Positions 37,501-49,200 of a DNA stretch of 64,000 bases are shown here, piece by piece. The stretch lies in assembly GCF_009914755.1 (NCBI RefSeq), contig NC_060946.1. The stretch is one strand, 5' to 3'. Below the pieces are notes generated by a model. That model made no database searches. It was not told where the DNA came from and saw only the letters and a program-made list of their open reading frames with translations. This DNA is from the human T2T-CHM13v2.0 reference genome, Homo sapiens. The stretch's first letter is position 1. Each line of letters begins with the position of its first letter. A program made the position numbers and the translations under genes.

Positions 37501-40000
37501 ATTCAACAAAAAGTGTTTTTCAGAACTGCTCTATCAAAAGAAAGATCCACCTCTGTTAGCTGAGTTCACACATCACAAACAAGTTTATGAGAATGCTTCT
37601 GTCTAGTTTTTATTTGAAGATATAGCCTTTCTCACTATAGACCTGAAAGCTGTCCTAATGTTCACTTCCAGATACTACAGAAAGAGTGTTTCAAAACTGC
37701 TGTACGAAAGGGAATGTTCAACTCTGTGACTTGAATGCACACATTACAAGGAAGTTTCTGAGGATGCTGCTGTCTAATTTTTATACGTAATCCCGTTTCC
37801 AACGAAATCCGCCAAGCTATCCAAATATCCACTTGCAGATTCCACAGAAAGACTGTTTCAAAACTGCTCTGTCAATAGAAAGGTTCAACTCTGTTAGCTG
37901 CGTGCATATATCCCAAAGAAGATTCTGAGATTGCTTCTGTCTAGTTTTTGTGGGAAGATATTTCCCTTTTCACCGTAGGTGTCAAGGCGCTCCAAATGTC
38001 CACTTCCAGATACTACAAAAAGAGTGTTTCAAACCTACTCTGTGAAAGGGAATATTCAACTCTGTGACTTGAATGCAGATATCACAATGAAGATTCTGAG
38101 AATGCTTCTGTCGAGATTTTATATGAAGATATTTTCGTTTCCAACAAAATCCTGAAATCTATCCAAATATCCCCTCGCAGATTCTACAAAAAGAGTGTTT
38201 CAAAACTGCTCTGTAAAAAGAAAGGTTCAACTCTGTTAGTTGAGTACACACATCACAAACAAGTTTCACAGAATGCTTCTTTCTAGCTTGTAGGGGAAGA
38301 TATTCCCTTTAACACCATGGGCCTCAAACCGTCTGAAACGTCCACTTCCATATACTACAAAAAGAGCGTTTCAAACCTGCTCTATGAAAGGCAATGTTCA
38401 ACTCTGTGACTTGAATGCAGACATCACAGAGCAGTTTCTGAGAATGCTTCTGTCTAGGTTTTACAGGAAGATATTCCCTTTTCCAACGAAATCTTCCCAG
38501 CTATCCAAATATCCACTTGCAGATTCTACAAAAAGAGTGTATCAAAACTGCTCTGTCAAAAGGAAGGTTCTTCTCTGTTAGTTGAGTACATACATCATAA
38601 AGGAGTTTCTGAGAATGTTTCTGTCTAGTGGTTATGGGAAGATATTTGCTTTTTCACCTTAGGCCTCAGAGCGCTCCAAATATCCACTTGCACATACTAC
38701 AAAAAGAGTGCTTCAAAGCTGCTCTCTGAAACGGAATGTTCAATTCTATGAGTTGAATGCAAACATCACAAAGACGTTTCTGAGAATGCTTCTGACTAGA
38801 TTTGATATGAAGATATTCCCGTTTCCAACGAAATCTTCAAATCTATCCAAATGTCCACTTGCAGATTCAACAAAATGAGTTTTTCAGAACTGCTCTATCA
38901 AAAGGAAGATCCACCTCTGTTAGCTGAGTTCACACATCACAAACAAGTTTATGAGAATGCTTCTGTCTAGTTTTTATTTGAAGATATTTCCTTTCTCACC
39001 ATAGACCTGAAAGCTGTCCTAATGTTCACTTCCAGATACTACAGAAAGAGTGTTTCAAAACTGCTGTACGAAAGGGAATGTTCAACTCTGTGACTTGAAT
39101 GCACACATCACAAAGAAGTTTCTGAGGATGCTGCTGTCTACTTTTTATACGTAATCCCGTTTCCAACGAAATCCTCCAAGCTATCCAAATATCCACTTGC
39201 AGATTCCACAGAAAGACTGTTTCAAAACTGCTCTGTCAATAGAAAGGTTCAACTCTGTTAGCTGCGTGCATATATCCCAAAGAAGATTCTGAGATTGCTT
39301 CTGTCTAGTTTTTATGGGAAGATATTTCCCTTTTCACCGTAGGCGTCAAGGCGCTCCAAATGTCCACTTCCAGATACTACAAAAAGAGTGTTTCAAACCT
39401 ACTCTGTGAAAGGGAATATTCAACTCTGTGACTTGAATGCACATATCACAAAGAAGTTTCTGAGAATGCTTCTGTCGAGATTTTATATGAAGATATTCCC
39501 GTTTCCAACGAAATCCTGAAATCTATCCAAATATCCCCTCGCAGATTCTACAAAAAGAGTGTTTCAAAACTGTTCTGTAAAAAGAAAGGTTCAACTCTGT
39601 TAGTTGAGTACACACATCACAAACAAGTATCACAGAATGCTTCTTTCTAGCTTGTAGGGGAAGATATTCCCTTTATCACCATGGACCTCAAACCGTCCGA
39701 AACGTCCACTTCCATATACTTCAAAAAGAGCGTTTCAAACCTGCTCTATGAAAGGCAATGTTCAACTCTGTGACTTGTATGCAGACATCACAGAGCTGTT
39801 TCTGAGAATGCTTCTGTCTAGATTTTATAGGATGATATTCCCGTTTCCAACGAAATCTTCACAGCTATCCAAATATCCACTTGCAGATTCTACAAAAAGA
39901 GTGTATCCAAAGTGCTCTGTCAAAAGGAAGGTTCTTCTCTGTTAGGTGAGTGCATACGTCATAAAGGAGTTTCTGAGAATGTTTCTGTCTAGTGGTTATG
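19600..40000. repeat. Diverged HOR-haplotype island (about 15 HORs) within the array
   Basis: Substitution density is visibly higher, all five net 1-bp deletions fall here, and flank alleles (ggcctccaacc, ctctaggaaagg, gtgaaagcgaat) are absent. Boundaries are approximate. Confidence 0.85.
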
Positions 40001-40299
40001 GGAAGATATTTGCTTTTTCACCGTAGGCCTCAGAGCGCTCCAAATATCCACTTGCACATAATACAAAAAGAGTGCCTCAAAGCTGCTCTCTGAAATGGAA
40101 TGTTCAACTCTATGAGTTGAATGCAAACATCACAAAGACGTTTCTGAGAATGCTTCTGTCTAGATTTGATATGAAGATATTCCCGTTTCCAACGAAATCT
40201 TCAAATCTATCCAAATGTCCACTTGCAGATTCAACAAAAAGTGTTTTTCAGAACTGCTCTATCAAAAGAAAGATCCACCTCTGTTAGCTGAGTTCACAC

Positions 40300-43200
40300 A
40301 TCACAAACAAGTTTATGAGAATGCTTCTGTCTAGTTTTTATTTGAAGATATTTCCTTTCTCACCATAGACCTGAAAGCTGTCCTAATGTTCACTTCCAGA
40401 TACTACAGAAAGAGTGTTTAAAAACTGCTGTACGAAAGGGAATGTTCAACTCTGTGACTTGAATGCACACATCACAAAGAAGTTTCTGAGGATGCTGCTG
40501 TCTACTTTTTATACGTAATCCCGTTTCCAACGAAATCCTCCAAGCTATCCAAATATCCACTTGCAGATTCCACAGAAAGACTGTTTCAAAACTGCTCTGT
40601 CAATAGAAAGGTTCAACTGTGTTAGCTGCGTGCATATATCCCAAAGAAGATTCTGAGATTGCTTCTGTCTAGTTTTTATGGGAAGATATTTCCCTTTTCA
40701 CCGTAGGCGTCAAGGCGCTCCAAATGTCCACTTCCAGACACTACAAAAAGAGTGTTTCAAACCTACTCTGTGAAAGCGAATATTCAACTCTGTGACTTGA
40801 ATGCACATATCACAAAGAAGTTTCTGAGAATGCTTCTGTCGAGATTTTATATGAAGATATTCCCGTTTCCAACGAAATCCTGAAATCTATCCAAATATCC
40901 CCTCGCAGATTCTACAAAAAGAGTGTTTCAAAACTGCTCTGTAAAAAGAAAGGTTCAACTCTGTTAGTTGAGTACACACATCACAAACAAGTTTCACAGA
41001 ATGCTTCTTTCTAGCTTGTAGGGGAAGATATTCCCTTTATCACCATGGTCCTCAAACCGTCCGAAACGTCCACTTCCATATACTACAAAAAGAGCGTTTC
41101 AAACCTGCTCTAGGAAAGGCAATGTTCAACTCTGTGACTTGAATGCAGACATCACAGAGCAGTTTCTGAGAATGCTTCTGTCTAGATTTTATAGGAAGAT
41201 ATTCCCGTTTCCAACGAAATCTTCACAGCTATCCAAATATCCACTTGCAGATTCTACAAAAAGAGTGTATCAAAACTGCTCTGTCAAAAGGAAGGTTCTT
41301 CTCTGTTAGGTGAGTGCATACGTCATAAAGGAGTTTCTGAGAATGTTTCTGTCTAGTGGTTATGGGAAGATATTTGCTTTTTCACCGTAGGCCTCAGAGC
41401 GCTCCAAATATCCACTTGCACATACTACAAAAAGAGTGCCTCAAAGCTGCTCTCTGAAACGGAATGTTCAACTCTATGAGTTGAATGCAAACATCACAAA
41501 GACGTTTCTGAGAATGCTTCTGTCTAGATTTGATATGAAGATATTCCCGTTTCCAACGAAATCTTCAAATCTATCCAAATGTCCACTTGCATAATCAACA
41601 AAAAGTGTTTTTCAGAACTGCTGTATCAAAAGAAAGATCCACGTCTGTTAGCTGAGTTCACACATCACAAACAAGTTTATGAGAATGCTTCTGTCTAGTT
41701 TTTATTTGAAGATATTTCCTTTCTCACCATAGACCTGAAAGCTGTCCTAATGTTCACTTCCAGATACTACAGAAAGAGTGTTTCAAAACTGCTGTACGAA
41801 AGGGAATTTTCAACTCTGTGACTTGAATGCACACATCACAAAGAAGTTTCTGAGGATGCTGCTGTCTACTTTTTATACGTAATCCCGTTTCCAACGAAAT
41901 CCTCCAAGCTATCCAAATATCCACTTGCAGATTCCACAGAAAGACTGTTTCAAAACTGCTCTGTCAATAGAAAGGTTCAACTCTGTTAGCTGCGTGCATA
42001 TATCCCAAAGAAGATTCTGAGATTGCTTCTGTCTAGTTTTTATGGGAAGATATTTCCCTTTTCACCGTAGGCGTCAAGGCGCTCCAAATGTCCACTTCCA
42101 GATACTACAAAAAGAGTGTTTCAAACCTACTCTGTGAAAGGGAATATTCAACTCTGTGACTTGAATGCACATATCACAAAGAAGTTTCTGAGAATGCTTC
42201 TGTCGAGATTTTATATGAAGATATTCCCGTTTCCAACGAAATCCTGAAATCTATCCAAATATCCCCTCGCAGATTCTACAAAAAGAGTGTTTCAAAACTG
42301 CTCTGTAAAAAGAAAGGTTCAACTCTGTTAGTTGAGTACACCCATCACAAACAAGTTTCACAGAATGCTTCTTTCTAGCTTGTAGGGGAAGATATTCCCT
42401 TTATCACCGTGGTCCTCAAACCGTCCGAAACGTCCACTTCCATATACTACAAAAAGAGCGTTTCAAACCTGCTCTAGGAAAGGCAATGTTCAACTCTGTG
42501 ACTTGAATGCAGACATCACAGAACAGTTTCTGAGAATGCTTCTGTCTAGATTTTATAGGAAGATATTCCCGTTTCCAACGAAATCTTCACAGCTATCCAA
42601 ATATCCACTTGCAGATTCTACAAAAAGAGTGTATCAAAACTGCTCTGTCAAAAGGAAGGTTCTTCTCTGTTAGGTGAGTGCATACGTCATAAAGGAGTTT
42701 CTGAGAATGTTTCTGTCTAGTGGTTATGGGAAGATATTTGCTTTTTCACCGTAGGCCTCAGAGCGCTCCAAATATCCACTTGCACATACTACAAAAAGAG
42801 TGCCTCAAAGCTGCTCTCTGAAACGGAATGTTCAACTCTATGAGTTGAATGCAAACATCACAAAGACGTTTCTGAGAATGCTTCTGTCTAGATTTGATAT
42901 GAAGATATTCCCGTTTCCAACGAAATCTTCAAATCTATCCAAATGTCCACTTGCAGATTCAACAAAAAGTGTTTTTCAGAACTGCTCTATCAAAAGAAAG
43001 ATCCACCTCTGTTAGCTGAGTTCACACATCACAAACAAGTTTATGAGAATGCTTCTGTCTAGTTTTTATTTGAAGATATTTCCTTTCTCACCATAGACCT
43101 GAAAGCTGTCCTAATATTCACTTCCAGATACTACAGAAAGAGTGTTTCAAAACTGCTGTACGAAAGGGAATGTTCAACTCTGTGACTTGAATGCACACAT

Positions 43201-46200
43201 CACAAAGAAGTTTCTGAGGATGCTGCTGTCTACTTTTTATACGTAATCCCGTTTCCAACGAAATCCTCCAAGCTATCCAAATATCCACTTGCAGATTCCA
43301 CAGAAAGACTGTTTCAAAACTGCTCTGTCAATAGAAAGGTTCAACTCTGTTAGCTGCGTGCATATATCCCAAAGAAGATTCTGAGATTGCTTCTGTCTAG
43401 TTTTTATGGGAAGATATTTCCCTTTTCACCGTAGGCGTCAAGGCGCTCCAAATGTCCACTTCCAGATACTACAAAAAGAGTGTTTCAAACCTACTCTGTG
43501 AAAGCGAATATTCAACTCTGTGACTTGAATGCACATATCACAAAGAAGTTTCTGAGAATGCTTCTGTCGAGATTTTATATGAAGATATTCCCGTTTCCAA
43601 CGAAATCCTGAAATCTATCCAAATATCCCCTCGCAGATTCTACAAAAAGAGTGTTTCAAAACTGCTCTGTAAAAAGAAAGGTTCAACTCTGTTAGTTGAG
43701 TACACACATCACAAACAAGTTTCACAGAATGCTTCTTTCTAGCTTGTAGGGAAAGATATTCCCTTTATCACCATGGGCCTCCAACCGTCCGAAACGTCCA
43801 CTTCCATATACTACCAAAAGAGCGTTTCAAACCTGCTCTAGGAAAGGCAATGTTCAACTCTGTGACTTGAATGCAGACATCACAGAGCAGTTTCTGAGAA
43901 TGCTTCTGTCTAGATTTTATAGGAAGATATTCCCGTTTCCAACGAAATCTTCACAGCTATCCAAATATCCACTTGCAGATTCTACAAAAAGAGTGTATCA
44001 AAACTGCTCTGTCAAAAGGAAGGTTCTTCTCTGTTAGGTGAGTGCATACGTCATAAAGGAGTTTCTGAGAATGTTTCTGTCTAGTGGTTATGGGAAGATA
44101 TTTGCTTTTTCACCGTAGGCCTCAGAGCGCTCCAAATATCCACTTGCACATACTACAAAAAGAGTGCCTCAAAGCTGCTCTCTGAAACGGAATGTTCAAC
44201 TCTATGAGTTGAATGCAAACATCACAAAGACGTTTCTGAGAATGCTTCTGTCTAGATTTGATATGAAGATATTCCCGTTTCCAACGAAATCTTCAAATCT
44301 ATCCAAATGTCCACTTGCAGATTCAACAAAAAGTGTTTTTCAGAACTGCTCTATCAAAAGAAAGATCCACCTCTGTTAGCTGAGTTCACACATCACAAAC
44401 AAGTTTATGAGAATGCTTCTGTCTAGTTTTTATTTGAAGATATTTCCTTTCTCACCATAGACCTGAAAGCTGTCCTAATGTTCACTTCCAGATACTACAG
44501 AAAGAGTGTTTCAAAACTGCTGTACGAAAGGGAATGTTCAACTCTGTGACTTGAATGCACACATCACAAAGAAGTTTCTGAGGATGCTGCTGTCTACTTT
44601 TTATACGTAATCCCGTTTCCAACGAAATCCTCCAAGCTATCCAAATATCCACTTGCAGATTCCACAGAAAGACTGTTTCAAAACTGCTCTGTCAATAGAA
44701 AGGTTCAACTCTGTTAGCTGCGTGCATATATCCCAAAGAAGATTCTGAGATTGCTTCTGTCTAGTTTTTATGGGAAGATATTTCCCTTTTCACCGTAGGC
44801 GTCAAGGCGCTCCAAATGTCCACTTCCAGATACTACAAAAAGAGTGTTTCAAACCTACTCTGTGAAAGCGAATATTCAACTCTGTGACTTGAATGCACAT
44901 ATCACAAAGAAGTTTCTGAGAATGCTTCTGTCGAGATTTTATATGAAGATATTCCCGTTTCCAACGAAATCCTGAAATCTATCCAAATATCCCCTCGCAG
45001 ATTCTACAAAAAGAGTGTTTCAAAACTGCTCTGTAAAAAGAAAGGTTCAACTCTGTTAGTTGAGTACACACATCACAAACAAGTTTCACAGAATGCTTCT
45101 TTCTAGCTTGTAGGGGAAGATATTCCCTTTATCACCATGGGCCTCCAACCGTCCGAAACGTCCACTTCCATATACTACCAAAAGAGCGTTTCAAACCTGC
45201 TCTAGGAAAGGCAATGTTGAACTCTGTGACTTGAATGCAAACATCACAGAGCAGTTTCTGAGAATGCTTCTGTCTAGATTTTATAGGAAGATATTCCCGT
45301 TTCCAACGAAATCTTCACAGCTATCCAAATATCCACTTGCAGATTCTACAAAAAGAGTGTATCAAAACTGCTCTGTCAAAAGGAAGGTTCTTCTCTGTTA
45401 GGTGAGTGCATACGTCATAAAGGAGTTTCTGAGAATGTTTCTGTCTAGTGGTTATGGGAAGATATTTGCTTTTTCACCGTAGGCCTCAGAGCGCTCCAAA
45501 TATCCACTTGCACATACTACAAAAAGAGTGCCTCAAAGCTGCTCTCTGAAACGGAATGTTCAACTCTATGAGTTGAATGCAAACATCACAAAGACGTTTC
45601 TGAGAATGCTTCTGTCTAGATTTGATATGAAGATATTCCCGTTTCCAACGAAATCTTCAAATCTATCCAAATGTCCACTTGCATAATCAACAAAAAGTGT
45701 TTTTCAGAACTGCTCTATCAAAAGAAAGATCCACCTCTGTTAGCTGAGTTCACACATCACAAACAAGTTTATGAGAATGCTTCTGTCTAGTTTTTATTTG
45801 AAGATATTTCCTTTCTCACCATAGACCTGAAAGCTGTCCTAATGTTCACTTCCAGATACTACAGAAAGAGTGTTTAAAAACTGCTGTACGAAAGGGAATG
45901 TTCAACTCTGTGACTTGAATGCACACATCACAAAGAAGTTTCTGAGGATGCTGCTGTCTACTTTTTATACGTAATCCCGTTTCCAACGAAATCCTCCAAG
46001 CTATCCAAATATCCACTTGCAGATTCCACAGAAAGACTGTTTCAAAACTGCTCTGTCAATAGAAAGGTTCAACTCTGTTAGCTGCGTGCATATATCCCAA
46101 AGAAGATTCTGAGATTGCTTCTGTCTAGTTTTTATGGGAAGATATTTCCCTTTTCACCGTAGGCGTCAAGGCGCTCCAAATGTCCACTTCCAGACACTAC

Positions 46201-49200
46201 AAAAAGAGTGTTTCAAACCTACTCTGTGAAAGCGAATATTCAACTCTGTGACTTGAATGCACATATCACAAAGAAGTTTCTGAGAATGCTTCTGTCGAGA
46301 TTTTATATGAAGATATTCCCGTTTCCAACGAAATCCTGAAATCTATCCAAATATCCCCTCGCAGATTCTACAAAAAGAGTGTTTCAAAACTGCTCTGTAA
46401 AAAGAAAGGTTCAACTCTGTTAGTTGAGTACACACATCACAAACAAGTTTCACAGAATGCTTCTTTCTAGCTTGTAGGGGAAGATATTCCCTTTATCACC
46501 ATGGTCCTCAAACCGTCCGAAACGTCCACTTCCATATACTACAAAAAGAGCGTTTCAAACCTGCTCTAGGAAAGGCAATGTTCAACTCTGTGACTTGAAT
46601 GCAGACATCACAGAGCAGTTTCTGAGAATGCTTCTGTCTAGATTTTATAGGAAGATATTCCCGTTTCCAACGAAATCTTCACAGCTATCCAAATATCCAC
46701 TTGCAGATTCTACAAAAAGAGTGTATCAAAACTGCTCTGTCAAAAGGAAGGTTCTTCTCTGTTAGGTGAGTGCATACGTCATAAAGGAGTTTCTGAGAAT
46801 GTTTCTGTCTAGTGGTTATGGGAAGATATTTGCTTTTTCACCGTAGGCCTCAGAGCGCTCCAAATATCCACTTGCACATACTACAAAAAGAGTGCCTCAA
46901 AGCTGCTCTCTGAAACGGAATGTTCAACTCTATGAGTTGAATGCAAACATCACAAAGACGTTTCTGAGAATGCTTCTGTCTAGATTTGATATGAAGATAT
47001 TCCCGTTTCCAACGAAATCTTCAAATCTATCCAAATGTCCACTTGCATAATCAACAAAAAGTGTTTTTCAGAACTGCTGTATCAAAAGAAAGATCCACGT
47101 CTGTTAGCTGAGTTCACACATCACAAACAAGTTTATGAGAATGCTTCTGTCTAGTTTTTATTTGAAGATATTTCCTTTCTCACCATAGACCTGAAAGCTG
47201 TCCTAATGTTCACTTCCAGATACTACAGAAAGAGTGTTTCAAAACTGCTCTACGAAAGGGAATTTTCAACTCTGTGACTTGAATGCACACATCACAAAGA
47301 AGTTTCTGAGGATGCTGCTGTCTACTTTTTATACGTAATCCCGTTTCCAACGAAATCCTCCAAGCTATCCAAATATCCACTTGCAGATTCCACAGAAAGA
47401 CTGTTTCAAAACTGCTCTGTCAATAGAAAGGTTCAACTCTGTTAGCTGCGTGCATATATCCCAAAGAAGATTCTGAGATTGCTTCTGTCTAGTTTTTATG
47501 GGAAGATATTTCCCTTTTCACCGTAGGCGTCAAGGCGCTCCAAATGTCCACTTCCAGATACTACAAAAAGAGTGTTTCAAACCTACTCTGTGAAAGGGAA
47601 TATTCAACTCTGTGACTTGAATGCACATATCACAAAGAAGTTTCTGAGAATGCTTCTGTCGAGATTTTATATGAAGATATTCCCGTTTCCAACGAAATCC
47701 TGAAATCTATCCAAATATCCCCTCGCAGATTCTACAAAAAGAGTGTTTCAAAACTGCTCTGTAAAAAGAAAGGTTCAACTCTGTTAGTTGAGTACACCCA
47801 TCACAAACAAGTTTCACAGAATGCTTCTTTCTAGCTTGTAGGGGAAGATATTCCCTTTATCACCGTGGTCCTCAAACCGTCCGAAACGTCCACTTCCATA
47901 TACTACAAAAAGAGCGTTTCAAACCTGCTCTAGGAAAGGCAATGTTCAACTCTGTGACTTGAATGCAGACATCACAGAACAGTTTCTGAGAATGCTTCTG
48001 TCTAGATTTTATAGGAAGATATTCCCGTTTCCAACGAAATCTTCACAGCTATCCAAATATCCACTTGCAGATTCTACAAAAAGAGTGTATCAAAACTGCT
48101 CTGTCAAAAGGAAGGTTCTTCTCTGTTAGGTGAGTGCATACGTCATAAAGGAGTTTCTGAGAATGTTTCTGTCTAGTGGTTATGGGAAGATATTTGCTTT
48201 TTCACCGTAGGCCTCAGAGCGCTCCAAATATCCACTTGCACATACTACAAAAAGAGTGCCTCAAAGCTGCTCTCTGAAACGGAATGTTCAACTCTATGAG
48301 TTGAATGCAAACATCACAAAGACGTTTCTGAGAATGCTTCTGTCTAGATTTGATATGAAGATATTCCCGTTTCCAACGAAATCTTCAAATCTATCCAAAT
48401 GTCCACTTGCAGATTCAACAAAAAGTGTTTTTCAGAACTGCTCTATCAAAAGAAAGATCCACCTCTGTTAGCTGAGTTCACACATCACAAACAAGTTTAT
48501 GAGAATGCTTCTGTCTAGTTTTTATTTGAAGATATTTCCTTTCTCACCATAGACCTGAAAGCTGTCCTAATATTCACTTCCAGATACTACAGAAAGAGTG
48601 TTTAAAAACTGCTGTACGAAAGGGAATGTTCAACTCTGTGACTTGAATGCACACATCACAAAGAAGTTTCTGAGGATGCTGCTGTCTACTTTTTATACGT
48701 AATCCCGTTTCCAACGAAATCCTCCAAGCTATCCAAATATCCACTTGCAGATTCCACAGAAAGACTGTTTCAAAACTGCTCTGTCAATAGAAAGGTTCAA
48801 CTCTGTTAGCTGCGTGCATATATCCCAAAGAAGATTCTGAGATTGCTTCTGTCTAGTTTTTATGGGAAGATATTTCCCTTTTCACCGTAGGCGTCAAGGC
48901 GCTCCAAATGTCCACTTCCAGATACTACAAAAAGAGTGTTTCAAACCTACTCTGTGAAAGCGAATATTCAACTCTGTGACTTGAATGCACATATCACAAA
49001 GAAGTTTCTGAGAATGCTTCTGTCGAGATTTTATATGAAGATATTCCCGTTTCCAACGAAATCCTGAAATCTATCCAAATATCCCCTCGCAGATTCTACA
49101 AAAAGAGTGTTTCAAAACTGCTCTGTAAAAAGAAAGGTTCAACTCTGTTAGTTGAGTACACACATCACAAACAAGTTTCACAGAATGCTTCTTTCTAGCT

